A stretch of DNA of 64,000 bases from Aplysia californica (taxonomy: Eukaryota): the NCBI RefSeq assembly GCF_000002075.1, contig NW_004797696.1:235668-299667 (forward strand), in the 5' to 3' direction. Position numbers and translations under genes: made by a program. Numbering within the stretch: the stretch's first letter is position 1; the number at the start of each line of letters is the position of its first letter. The notes under the pieces were generated by a model. That model searched no databases and had not been told where the DNA came from. It worked only from the letters and a program-made list of their open reading frames with translations. Of this stretch, positions 39,601-50,800 are shown in pieces.

Positions 39601-40393
39601 GATCTGCGCACGCAAGGAGGTGCTATTCCTATTCTTCTTCTGGAAAAACGAAAGAGAGCTTCAAAACAGACTGCAGCGCCATCTGAAGCAACTTTAGAGC
39701 ATACTTCCTGCGGACACTTTTTAGGCTGAGTGGCCCATCTTGTCTTGTACTATCTTTGGCTATACTTCATTTGAAAATACCTTCAAAGGCTACAGCGAGA
39801 AAACAAGACAGCTCGACCTTGGCAGTAACCTATTTTGCATTTAGTCAACCAGCAAAAACTAAAATCCTTATGTAAAAAAAAATCCCTCCACGCCCCCCCC
39901 CCCAAACCCGTTCACACCTTACACACACACAGACACACACACACACATGCACACTCACACACGCACACTCACACACACACACACAAACACACAGGCCACT
40001 CCATTCGATTATCATCAACAAATCTCGAGAACTGAAACCATTCGGAGAAATTTAGAGCTCAAGTTTATTTTCCCAAACGTTCGGAGAAATAGAGCCGGCC
40101 TTCATAAAATGTCTCATAAGACCTTCTTTCTTTCATCATTGGCTTCCTTTCAATTTATTTGCATTAGAATCTGAAGAATATTTAGACTGACCCAGGGCAA
40201 AAATGTCTTTTCCATTTCCACTGACAATGAATAGGGCCTAGATCTAGGTGACACGAAGACAACTTTTTGAACTTACTGGCAGGTCCCGGTGTGTCATGCT
40301 CCATATTATCTGCCAGAAAATCAGAGCAATGCTGCACAATAGCAGGAACACCAGGAGCACCACGCACTTGTTTCTTCTCATTGGTTTCATCAT
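24132..40393 (-). CDS. Polypeptide N-acetylgalactosaminyltransferase-like protein (GT27, GALNT2-like), 15 coding exons, 549 aa, catalytic motifs degenerate
   Basis: Exons 40393-40277, 38251-38097, 37336-37232, 36791-36724, 36077-36012, 34825-34704, 33755-33668, 32723-32642, 31672-31569, 30900-30774, 30341-30249, 28425-28342, 27593-27467, 26598-26482, 24326-24132. All GT/AG and phase-consistent, 1650 nt total, no internal stop. Type II TM + GT-A domain (EIILVDDGS, RGGFDW, CGGQVEIIPCSRVG, LAEVW, CKNFKWFL..VYP) + ricin-B lectin (three QxW). Confidence 0.93.
25226..25437 (+). mobile_element. tRNA-derived SINE with target-site duplication
   Basis: A box TGGCTTAGTGG and B-box-like GGTTCGAG; tail GTGTTGATAGGGGCGTTAAACC; flanked by ATAGAATT direct repeats. 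Confidence 0.75.
26482..26598 (-). CDS. GALNT-like exon 14, ricin-B beta repeat
   Basis: EWSWRKRGVIVSSGMCLTSDMHSMQGFVQVQFCKDAENQ. Confidence 0.9.
26635..26816 (-). mobile_element. Family A short retroposon copy
   Basis: Reverse complement of the 807-986 element. Confidence 0.85.
27125..27435. repeat. (ATT)n microsatellite
   Basis: Long degenerate trinucleotide tract. Confidence 0.95.
27467..27593 (-). CDS. GALNT-like exon 13, ricin-B alpha repeat
   Basis: PLITDEVAYGSLKQGENCVDLDPGQLPLVAKLRRCEPGKDSQ. Confidence 0.9.
28342..28425 (-). CDS. GALNT-like exon 12
   Basis: VSSQRKLKGKLKCKNFKWFLTSVYPQL(Q). Confidence 0.93.
28726..29770. mobile_element. piggyBac-like non-autonomous element
   Basis: TTAA on both flanks; TIR CTCATTCGC(A/T)ACG. 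Confidence 0.75.
30249..30341 (-). CDS. GALNT-like exon 11
   Basis: GARRLAEVWLEEFKRFFYAVRPSARMQPLS(D). Confidence 0.93.
30774..30900 (-). CDS. GALNT-like exon 10 (VGH position reads VGL)
   Basis: LTMRAWMCGGQVEIIPCSRVGLIQAHGRELGSRLYIFNNYL(R). Confidence 0.93.
31569..31672 (-). CDS. GALNT-like exon 9 (Gal/GalNAc-T motif degenerate)
   Basis: SPTLCGSVLAVRKDFFSWLGKYDLNPMSKDIEDL(E) versus canonical tP.mAGGLFai....F..lG.YD.gMdiWGGENLE. Confidence 0.92.
32642..32723 (-). CDS. GALNT-like exon 8
   Basis: (G)FDWTLEHRWEDVPLAFHTNEDVTAPI(R). Confidence 0.92.
33668..33755 (-). CDS. GALNT-like exon 7
   Basis: SPKSLVSPILDSIDHVTFGYRSLPGIFRG (canonical vVsPiID.I...tF.Y). Confidence 0.92.
34704..34825 (-). 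CDS. GALNT-like exon 6 (DxH position reads DSL)
   Basis: RGAARVKGMQAASGDVIVFVDSLAEVNVNWLSPLLLRILQ. Confidence 0.93.
34906..35157. mobile_element. Fold-back mariner-like MITE inside a (TAA)n microsatellite
   Basis: TA|CGAG...CTCG|TA; the two halves are ~120-bp imperfect inverted repeats. Confidence 0.8.
36012..36077 (-). CDS. GALNT-like exon 5
   Basis: EDGHLLSQLPGVQVIRNEQPT (GALNT2-type EDG.LL....V.V.RN). Confidence 0.9.
36724..36791 (-). CDS. GALNT-like exon 4
   Basis: ILTKSSPVTLREIILVDDGSRN; tgcag/gtaagt junctions. Confidence 0.93.
37232..37336 (-). CDS. GALNT-like exon 3
   Basis: CGVVTSSIKHELPSPSIIVTFRDEDRSVLLRNIV (canonical LP.tSviItFHNEarS.LLRTv). Confidence 0.92.
38097..38251 (-). 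CDS. GALNT-like exon 2 (stem)
   Basis: SSFDVSLLQHLSYVE...YGYNIVNSRAVKPNRSLPDLRHA; matches the GALNT R.lPD.R stem motif; ttcag/gtagt junctions. Confidence 0.9.
39025..40092. mobile_element. TIR element containing a nested 500-bp TIR element (39260-39759)
   Basis: Outer ~70-bp inverted repeats CTATTTCTCCGAACG.../...CGTTCGGAGAAATAG; inner 31-bp TIR CCAAAGATAGTACAAGACAAGATGGG(T/C)CACT flanked by CTATA. Confidence 0.72.
40277..40393 (-). CDS. GALNT-like exon 1: cytoplasmic tail and type II transmembrane anchor
   Basis: MMKPMRRNKCVVLLVFLLLCSIALIFWQIIWSMTHRDLP, then gtaagt donor, phase 0. Confidence 0.85.
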
Positions 40394-41560
40394 AAATTGA
40401 AAGTGAGCTTACAATGGCATTTAATTTTATGCTATGTTTTGTCCAACAAAATAGCAACATCGTATCGATAGGTAGCTTTATTTTAGAAGGCAACCGCTGT
40501 TATGTCGTGGCCTTGTTCTTCTGAGTCTAGAGCTTCTATTGATGACGAGGATTACATCGGCCAGCGAATAGTGCTATCGTGGATAGAACTATGTCAAAAT
40601 CTACACGTTTCACTTATCACAGTGCGGGTGAGTGGTGTCCGAAGTAGCAACACATTTCCGGGCGCTCACTCTTATACAGCACTGGTGTGCAGCCACAAGG
40701 CCACTGTTCGCCTGCACCTCAGTTGCCAACACAGCACATCAATTTTTTGGCACCGCGTGTTCGGCTTGCTCTTTGAATGACGCCACGCCCCCATTTCCTA
40801 CATGCTTGCCTCCCTTATTGTTTACATACACAACATCAATGCTTGTCAAGGAAACGTAGCTGGGTAAGCTTGGAAGCGTATTGTGGAGAAAGATCAAAGG
40901 CGCAGTTCCCCTTAGTAACCAAAAGGAAACAATCGTAATCTAGAGAGACGAGAATATGTCATCTAGATCTACTTTGACGATTGGAAACATTAAAATATTT
41001 CAAAGGAGAAAAGAAGACCTCTATAGTATAGATCTAAGCTATTAAAGTAAAAATAGGCTAATAAGAATCTGCTGACTGCTGATGACTGATGAACGAATTG
41101 CACAGCCTTGGTTTTTGATTATTCTGATTTATCATACACAGGCAATGACCTTGGTATTTTCGATGGTTCTATTGTAGGCCAGGGTTTGTTTTGTTTTGTT
41201 TTTAAATGAAACTGACAGGTTTGCAGAAACACACCCAGTTCCCAAATCTCGTCATTAATTTTTTTCGAAACTGCAGCAGACCGTTGCGAAACCTACCTTT
41301 GTGCCAACCGAGTCCCAAGTAGCCTAAGCCTACGCTTTCATCACGAGTCGCTTTTTTGGAACTGACGTGACCGGTTCACCACTGTAGGTCGTGACCTGCC
41401 CTTTGAACTAGGCCTAGAAAGTAGAAAGTTATTGACTAAGCAAGCGTGGAAGTAATAAGGTGCCAGTGTGCGAGTGTCCTGCTGCAAACCAACCGGCTTT
41501 CGCATTGAAGCATTTTGCTTGCCTTTGCAATAATAGAACATCTTCTACTTGATCTTCAAA
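40394..41560. promoter_or_regulatory. Putative bidirectional promoter and 5' UTRs between the GALNT-like and methyltransferase genes
   Basis: Divergent ATGs ~1.17 kb apart; locally richer in CpG; GC-box GCCACGCCCC at 40782-40791; TGACGT half-CRE at 41363-41368. Confidence 0.55.
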
Positions 41561-41848
41561 ATGGCTCAGATTTTTGGAATTGATCATAAATATGTTGCTG
41601 TATCCACGGCGGCTTTGTCGATAGGAGTTGCAGCGTATTCCATGTACAAGTATAGGTCGATGGTAGCAGCAGTCAAGAATGTTGTACCCGGCTCTGAAGT
41701 CTACGAGTCTGAAAAGCTTCTGGGCGAATACTTAGTGTTTCATTTTGGTTCTCCAGAACAACTAATTCCTTATCCTTTCGGGCCCAAAGACGCTTTGGAT
41801 TTCCCCAAAAGATGTGCTGAGCTTTGTCTTAAACACTACAAACCACAG
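41561..41848 (+). CDS. OvoA-type methyltransferase exon 1 (N-terminal hydrophobic anchor + YE..L..YL.FH motif)
   Basis: caaaATGG Kozak-like context; MAQIFGIDHKYVAVSTAALSIGVAAYSMYKYR...HYKPQ|gtaaag. Confidence 0.9.
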
Positions 41849-44800
41849 GTAAAGTTTGTGGTCAGATATTGATTGTAGGCCTATTGTCTTTCCATATTAT
41901 AATAACAAATAGGCCTAAAGGCCTTATAACAATGACACAGCAAAAGGCAAAAGTTAGATCCAGACTACCGGTTATTTCACAATTTATAGATCTTGATTTT
42001 TACCTCCAATTATATAGGCTAGGCCCCTATTAATTTTAATTTTCCAGTGAAGGTTTGCAGTTTGCATACAAATTTTAGGGGCTTTTTTTCTATGGACCAG
42101 GGACATGGAGATTTTTTTCCCCGTTATGAGCTTTTGGTATCATTTGTATCACTTTGTTTTATATTTAAAAGCAAACAGTACGCTAAAATCGATCTGCTCT
42201 ATATGTGTATGGTTTTATGTATATGACCATATGTATGGGCTTTTGTGCATCATTATCAGGAGACAGAGCGATTGAACCAAGTTAAAGTCAAAAGTTCTCA
42301 TGAAAAGACTAGGAGTATAAAACTAAAACGACTCTATAATAGACAACTCGCTACCTAAGAATTACAAAGGTCTGACATTTTGGGCTGTTTTGAGTCACTA
42401 GAATCTAAGTCCATGAGGTCAGAAACCAAATACCTCGTCAGCTATCAAAATAGCAAGATTATTCAGGATATTTATCGAGATATTTAAAGAATTGCATTTT
42501 TGAAAAAGATTGACTTGTGAAACTCAAATTTTTTTTACATCAAATATCTCAAAACTAGGTACTGAGCTTTGTAATTTTACCGTAGTGATAAATTGATATA
42601 CAGTCGAACCTGCCATGACGACCACCTATAATACAGCCACCTGTGCAAATGGCTACTTTCCTTTCCCCCCCCTTGCTTTTTTTCTACATATTTTCACTGT
42701 GTAAAACAGTCACCTGTCGTTTAACGTGGCCTGGGACACCATATTTTATCACACAACCCCTACCACCCGAAATAATAACACAGTCTGTCTTAGACAGCCG
42801 ACCCGACGTTTTGACATAAATGATGTTTTGACTCCTGACGTTGTGGATGAGTCATCATTGTCCAATCACCTGTCGTTGTTAGATAGTCCCTCCAACCGAT
42901 CATGTTGCCTAGGCCCCTCCCACTGTTGACCAACAGGTAGCAATAAATTTTCAGCTGCTAGTGAGGTAAGCATGTGACCCTTCATAACCCATAAGCCCCA
43001 CCCACAGCTCATACACAAATCGTAAGTGAGATGAGTGTATAATCACTGTTTACCCAGTTTGCAACAAAGTAACAATTTTAACAATGGGCGTCAACATGAA
43101 TTTGTGACAGAAGCGTCTCTCGTTCTCTGAGTGATAGCGACCCATGTGTTTGTTTTTTACCATGGCACTTGGTCTTCCTTAATTGTCTGACACATTTCAT
43201 TTTATTGTCACCCTTGCACGAAATCAGCAACAAATAAAAAGCAAACGAAAACCAAACCAACAGAAACAACAACTACTACTACAACAACAACAACAACAAT
43301 GTGGCTATCTTCGGTTGGGATATTAGAAAGGAATGGTTTGTTTTCTTCAATTTGATCAATCCTTTTTGTTCCAAGTTCAATCCTACCTAAGACGGCCACC
43401 TGTCTTAGGGGGTCACTTTTCTCCTTGACAGTGGGTGGCCGTCTTACACTGGTTCGACTGTATATATTGTTACTTCAAGGCAGTGAATACCCTGTTTGTG
43501 CACAAGGAATGATTGAAAGTTTTACAGAACATTACTCGTGGCCTCCAACTCCAAACCCAAAGTTTGGTGGGCGGTTGGCGGGTGCTCTAGTGTGGTTTAC
43601 TCCTTCTTTCCTATCAAACATCTATCGTCCTTATCTACCCTTCTTCTTTTTTATGTTTATTACTCTCTTGTAACACCTTTAATCTTCTGGCGCTCATATG
43701 ACCTTTTGCAGTTGCGAACACCGTAAAACCTCTACTAAAACAAACAAAAACCTGAAGTTTTCTTATTGTATTGTTTATTGTTGCCTGGCATTGTCATTCT
43801 CATGCAAACCATTTTATTATCTCTTTGTGGCTGAACGTTCCTGCCTGTCGAACCTCTGTAAATGTAAAGTGGAATGGCAAGTGCTGCAGAAAAAAATTCC
43901 AAAAATTTTCCATCTCAGACAGGGGAATTTAGGGGGAGATTGTGGAGGGAAGTTTCAGAGGCTCAACCGGTGGGATCAAGGATCATTTATCCAGTCAGCA
44001 GGGCTGAGAGGTCAAGACTTCACGATTTTCAAGTGCTATCCCCTCTGACAATGGCATGCGTCAGTAATACTTGTTTATTGCCACCAATGCTTGCATCTCA
44101 TAGGACCATTGTTTTACCCATTAAAAAGAGACACGTTTGAACATCTCTTTTACTTCCACCCTTAGCCCCACCCATTGGTGTTATGAGCACAGTCAACCAA
44201 AGTCCAATATGCCACCCCTTCCGTGCATGTAACAACAATTCGAAGAACTCCTTTTTGGCTAGTTGTATGATAAGGGCAGCAGATATTGGTCAAACTAATT
44301 TCACAACTCTGGTCTCTGGCTACCCATGAAAGTTTGTGTGCTGGAGTGCCACTCAAGCTCTTTCACTTTCACAGGCACTGGTGAGATTTCCCACCCACAC
44401 CACCCTATCCGCACCACTAAGAGCTCGCATGGATGGGGTAATATCTACCCCCAAATTGCACACCTACTCCCTTTCCTTGCCTGGCGGCATGGCGTTAAGG
44501 TTAGAGCCAATGATAGAACCAAACTTGTTCATTTTGTTTCAAATGAGGGCTGAGAAGGCAAAGGATTTTTCGTCTTAGACGGAGTAAAAACCTCCCGAAG
44601 GGAAGAAATTTCTCTTTCCATTTCCGCATGAGACAGGTTTCCGTTTTGCAAAGGTAATTATGGAGGAACTTATCAAACGGGACCAGGAAGATTCCGTTGT
44701 GACAGGTTTCCATCTTACCCAGGTTTCTATTCATTATTATAACAGATTTGAGTGTACTTGATTAGAACAAAAATTATAGTATGAATTTGTTTTCCTTTGT

Positions 44801-47800
44801 TGTGGTACTGTGAACTGTACTTCTGAAAAGAACTGAAAATTCATTCTGAATTTTTTTTTCAGTTGTTGCCTTGTCACTTAGTTATACTGGTTTATTCACA
44901 ATCAATTATATGATCTAATTATGGTTTTTCCTGTTCATTTTATCTTAGGAAGGTCTTCCGGACAGGGCACTGGACATCGGATGTGCTGTTGGGCGCTCGT
45001 CTTTTGACCTGTCAAGAGGAGTGAAAGAAGTGATCGGCATTGACTATAGTCAGTCGTTTATAGATGCTGCAAACACATTGAAGCAAAATGGAGAAATGAG
45101 CTACCAACTTGTTCAAGAAGGGGATGTGTTCACCCAAGCTGTTGCCAAAGTAGAAAAGGATGTTGTAAGTTTCTTTCTTTGATAATAGCAAAAAAAACCC
45201 ACTTACTTACCTGGTTATAGGGTTGGAGAATAGGTATCATCAAAGGCAGTACAGTGCCTGAACTGCTCCTCCCTCCTCTTCAAGATCCATGACGGGATTG
45301 ACATTTTTATGTCAAGTTTTTTAACTTTGATGGAATCAATCATAACAGATTGGTACTCCGGAGAAATAGAAAAAGTTTTAACACAGATCTCAGTGTGTCA
45401 CATAGACACAGAGCTGTTAAAGTACTTTTAAAAAGGTACTTAAGTACAAATTTAAGTACAATCTAAAATATGTACTCAAGTACAGTAAAAGTACTTTCCT
45501 GTAAAATGTACTTGAGTACAAGTACTTTTTTTTTAAAAGTACTTAAGAGTACATTTTGAGTACTTTCTGCTAATATGCTAAAACACTTCAGGGCTAATGC
45601 AAAACATCATATAGAATAACATATCAAGTATATTTGACAAATTAGGCCATTTATTACTAATAACGTAAACTGTATACAAAATAATGGAAACACTGAACGT
45701 AGGTGGAAAAGGTCCGTGAAATTGAAAAAAAACAAACCACAAACAAACAGACACAACTAGTGAGTAAGTGATATTATGAATAGAACTTGTTTGAGCAAGA
45801 CAATATGATCAAATGTAAGTTAGTCTTAGAGGTCGGAAAGTAGGAAAAGTATCCAAATTGGAAAATGTAGAGACAAAGTTGCTCTTAAGAAAATATAAAA
45901 TTGATGAAAATGGCCTGCAAAAAAAATGGAAACGTGAATTGAATTCTTCATAAACAAATCCTCAAGGAATCAAGGTAGCCTTAAGCACAAACCACACAAA
46001 AAAGTTAAAAAGAAATTAAGGTAGCCTAAAAAATTGTTACATTGATATACATTGAGAACTCAGTTTCAGTTTCAATTGAAATTATAATAGTGGTAAGACA
46101 GATTTTGGTCACACTGTGTAGTCCACGGCGCCCACAGCAAACCAAAATAGGCCTACATGTAATTTCCTAGTCTAGTAAGTGTAGTGTAACCAAAAATTCT
46201 CTAGTAGTCTCCGCCTACGATCTCAGTGCTCGGGAGCAAGGGAAATACGGGATCTTAACCGACAAAGCCAAGGAAGAATCTACAGTGACCCATGAACTGA
46301 CGTGCCTCTGGGTGGGTTTATGACATATGGCGAGCAAAGAGTGGTCAAACTTGATGACCAATCACAGTAGCATGGTGGCATGAGGCATGCCATAATATTG
46401 TACCGTACACTCATTAGCATATCGTCTCGAGATCTTTATCTGCGTTTATCCAGTTGCCCCTCCCCTTTACCTGTCCAAAAATTGTAGCCTTTCATCTCTG
46501 ATTGAGTCCCCCCACCTTTGTCGTTACGTACCATTACGCTGTGACCGCACCAATTAAAATTCAGGTTGTCTTGCAAATTCGGGAATAGAGAAAAACTGCC
46601 TTCAACTTCAATGGTCAGGGAAGAGTTCACAGTTGAATGTGATCCTGCCTGGAGTGAACTTATAGGCCCTACCCACCCAGCGAGTGATGTCAGTTCAGGT
46701 GGCGAGCTCAGATGCGAGTGCGATGTTTGGGGAAAAGAAATGCATCGGTCAGTTCACATCTCGGTGTGATCGCGTCTGGGGATCATTGTACCGTTTCATT
46801 GTGTTTTACAACGCTTGTGATCACATTCACGAGAGTGGTTGATCTTTGACGCGACGGGCAGTTCTTTGATCTCAACTTTTAACTCTTGGTTGATCGGCTG
46901 TGCCCGCCCGGGTGTTTGTTCCGTAAATTATGATCAGAAATGCCGGCACTTACTCTTTCATTAAGCTTCAAAAGTGCTCAAAAGTACTTTTATAAAAAGT
47001 ATCGGAGTACAGACAAAATTGTGTCGATAGTGCAGTAAAACATCTACTCAATCAATCAATCAATCAGAGTACAGTAAAAGTACTGGTTCTCAAAATGTAC
47101 CGGAATACAGTAAAAGTACAAAAAATTGTAACATAAGTACAACTACTGGAGTACTTGTACTCCGTTACAACCAGCTCTGCATAGACACATGGCCAACCAA
47201 AACAATCTTTGGACCCTTACTTTTCTCTGTGGAAGGATGAGAAAGAAGACTTTCCTAAATAAAATACAAAAATCTAGTATAACCGCATGCCTTGTCTTCA
47301 CATATCTTTTGTTTCATCATTGAAACTTAAAAGACAACAGTCATTATAGTTTATTACAGTGGAATCCTGTTATAACGAGAGGTAGGGGACCGGTGCGAAA
47401 TGTCCCTTATAGCAGGATTCTCGTTACAAGGGATCCAGTTATAAATTCAAGGGAAATGGTAAAGTTGGCTTAATCTATGAGCTATGAGTCTGGCGTTCTG
47501 TTTATTCCTTTTTGTATTTCCCCTGATGATGATTTGTTCAACATGATATCTAGGTCTTACTTGATCAAATATTGAATCAGGTTTCTTTCTCTAGCACTAG
47601 CAATGTTGACAGCTCGGCGTTGGCGATCAGAAAGAAGGGGCTCTGGCTCTAGGCTAACTCGCCCGCTGTGTTGTCCCCCACCCCACCACACCCTGTGGTG
47701 TGTTGCGTCTGCTTGCGCACGTCACACAGTCACTCCATCTATCACAGCATTGTCACGATTGTGACCTCTCCATCCTGCACCAGAGAAGTGAGAGGCACGG

Positions 47801-50800
47801 TATGCCTAGATATTCTAGACTGGGCTGGCCTATCACGCGATGCGTTCTGCTTGTCTGCGCATGCCACACCCTCCCCACTCATTCGCTCCAGCCTCCATCG
47901 TTGGTTCACATGGGCTCTCCCATTCTTTGTTTCGCTGAATCACCAACAACTTTCTCAACTGGCGAGGTTTTATAATGTTTAATTGGTCTGTGCACTGTGC
48001 ACAGCAGCAGCAATATTCCGTTAAAATGACTCGCACGACTCTCTGATTGCGCAATAGCAGTATTTTATTTACAAAGATAAAGAAGGAGAAAAAACGGGGT
48101 TTTAGAATAGTGTCTTTATAACAGACTTCTCGTTGTTTCAGGACTCGTTATAAGTGGACTCCACTGTACCTTCCAAGTGTGGCTTGAAATAAGAAGTTGA
48201 ATGAAGTAAGGTATGATTATTTGCTTAAAGTGTGGTTTCTCTTCATAACATTTTAATCATATATTCATTATAAGATTACTTTGTTATTCATTGCACTCCT
48301 TTGGTTCCTACAAGTTGCTCATGCTCAGGTAGGTAGGCCAACTGATGGACATGAAAAGCAGTCAATGGGAAGTCATTAAAAGAAGAGAAGTTTATAAAGT
48401 ACAAAGAAACAATTTTAATGAACAAGGTCATTAGGTCTGTGTTTTGACGTTTTGTTAAAACGACCGTTAAATTTCTTTCTTTCTTTCTTTTTTCCGAAAC
48501 AGGACCGAAGCCGAGTCAGTTTTGAACAAGGCGATGCTTGTGATTTAAGATCATCACTGGGCCAGTTTGGTGTGATACTTGCTGCAAATCTGGTCTGTAG
48601 ACTCCACCATCCTAAGGAATTCCTGAAGAGGCTGACATCACTGTTGCCTAACAGAGGAGGAATCCTGGTGATAACAGCCCCGTATACTTGGTTAAGAGAT
48701 TTTGCGAATAAGGTGAATGTTATGAGACTTTGTTCGTGTGTGGTTGGTGGGTGCTCTGGTGTGGTTTGCTTCTTCTTTCGTATCAAGCATCTATCGTCCT
48801 TATTTCCCCTTTTTCTTTTTTATGTTTGTTACTCTCTTGTACAAGTAACACCTCTGATCTTCTGCGCTCATAAATCATATGACCTTATGCAATTGCAAGC
48901 GCCGTAAAACCTTTACTAAAACTAAAACTAAAGACTTTGTTCCTCCTTTTTATTCCATGTGTAGGTTTTCCTCTGAGGGGCAGTGTCCCAACAGTTAGGT
49001 TCCAGAGAAGAGTCGTGTCTGAAATGGGCTATTATAATTGATTTTGTGGATTGATATGGGTCAGGGGTCAGTTGGATTTGGTTTTTTTCTTATTATAATA
49101 TTATCTCTCTGGGTTTTCCGTTCTCATCTATCAACAGGTAAAATTTTGCTAACTGGAATGCTATTAAGATTCAATTCCTTTTTTGGGGGGTCCTGTGTCC
49201 TGATTTGGTGCCAGATATTTGGTCGCTTTTAAGCACAAGGGGCTATCCCGAAAAATGCTGTTTTGAAAAGATCGAAGGTAAAGTTTTTGCCCATTGTTCA
49301 GTTTCTTTAAAAGACAAGGAGAGTTTTCTCTACTACCAAACAAATATACTCACCAATGAAACCAAACTTCCCCTATAGGTAGGGCAATGCCCACTTTTGG
49401 TGTAGGTCAAGATTTCTGGAAACCCCCAAAATCTGGGTTGGCCCGCTTGTCCTTAAAAGTAAAAGCGACCATTTGTAGTTTGCATAGAAAAATGTGTTTA
49501 CTTGATGAAACTTATTATTCTTCAAGAAAGAAACTGGAAACACGAAAATTGTTTGAAAATAGATGATGATAATGATGACCAAATTGTTGAGAACAATGTG
49601 CAAGATGAATCTTGATATTAGTTTTATTCTTCATTTGATGCCAACTCAAGGATACCATCAGTCTGTCCTGAGGGGCAGGACTCAACAGTCATTCCCTACT
49701 CCATGCATAGGATGGCCAAAATTTTTCAATTAGTTTCACCTTCTTTCCTGTTCTGTAACCATGTTCTGTTGTCTGCTTTTGTCTCCACTTTCTGCCCCCA
49801 CCCCCACCCGCCCTGTCCTCTGGGCTCCTGATTCTTTCTGCAGCCTTTCTACTGCTACTCCTTATCTCCTTCTTACTGCTGTCTTTCAGCCACACCCATG
49901 ATCTTAGGGTAGGTAAGATCTAACACCTAGCCTTCTCGGATAAGGATGAAAAATCTCAGAGGTCTTGTGTGCAAGTTGCGCACATTAAAGATCCCTTGGT
50001 CGTCCAAAATTGATAAGAGTAGGCTTCAGCTGCCACCTGAACAAAACTGAAAAATAATTCCTACCAAACTAAAAATAGAAGAATGCAGAATCATCCATTG
50101 CCTGACAAGCCTCCTACTATGCTTTCAGAACTTCAAAACAGTGAGAAGAATGTGGCAAATAACTTTTTAAATGATTTTCATAGTCAGTACCATTGTGTTC
50201 AGAGGTTGACCATCGCTGAATGTGTGTGCTTCCAAGCCATTGCTTTCTGCAATTAGTCACAGATCCCAAGGTACTTATATTATAGTGGGACCTTGTCAAA
50301 AGCCTGAAAAACCATGTCCAGTCGACCAAAGAATTACAAAGACGCCTCTTCTTAAAATGACAGCAGCAAATTCATCAATTATGTACAACAAGGCAATGCA
50401 TGTAAAGCATGCTGTGGTGGAGAACCAAAAATGGAATTGTATCTGGTGTCCAATCAGATACCATGGGCATTAAAAACCCTCTCTCTTTAAAATGGTCCTA
50501 CATTTTAGAAGCAACAATTAATGGAAAGGGAGGACAAGATAGGCCTACATGTAGTGTTAAGTGCTCAAAACGTTGTATCAATTACATCCCTATTCTACCC
50601 TATGTGATAACATACAACTGCTAATGGTATGATGAAATATGGTGAAGATCAAATCTGTAGATTGAAAGCAAAAGAATAAAAACATAATGTAATACGTTTA
50701 TGTTTGTTAAGTGGAGTCCTCTTAACTGAAATCTGCAGGACCTCCATATTTTCTTCGCTTTTGCCAGGTGCTTGGTTAAGAGAGGTTGCTCAAATACAAC

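Noticed and set aside
24132-40393. Calling the GALNT-like gene a pseudogene
   Set aside because: All 15 exons have canonical splice sites and consistent phase with no stops or frameshifts, despite high protein divergence
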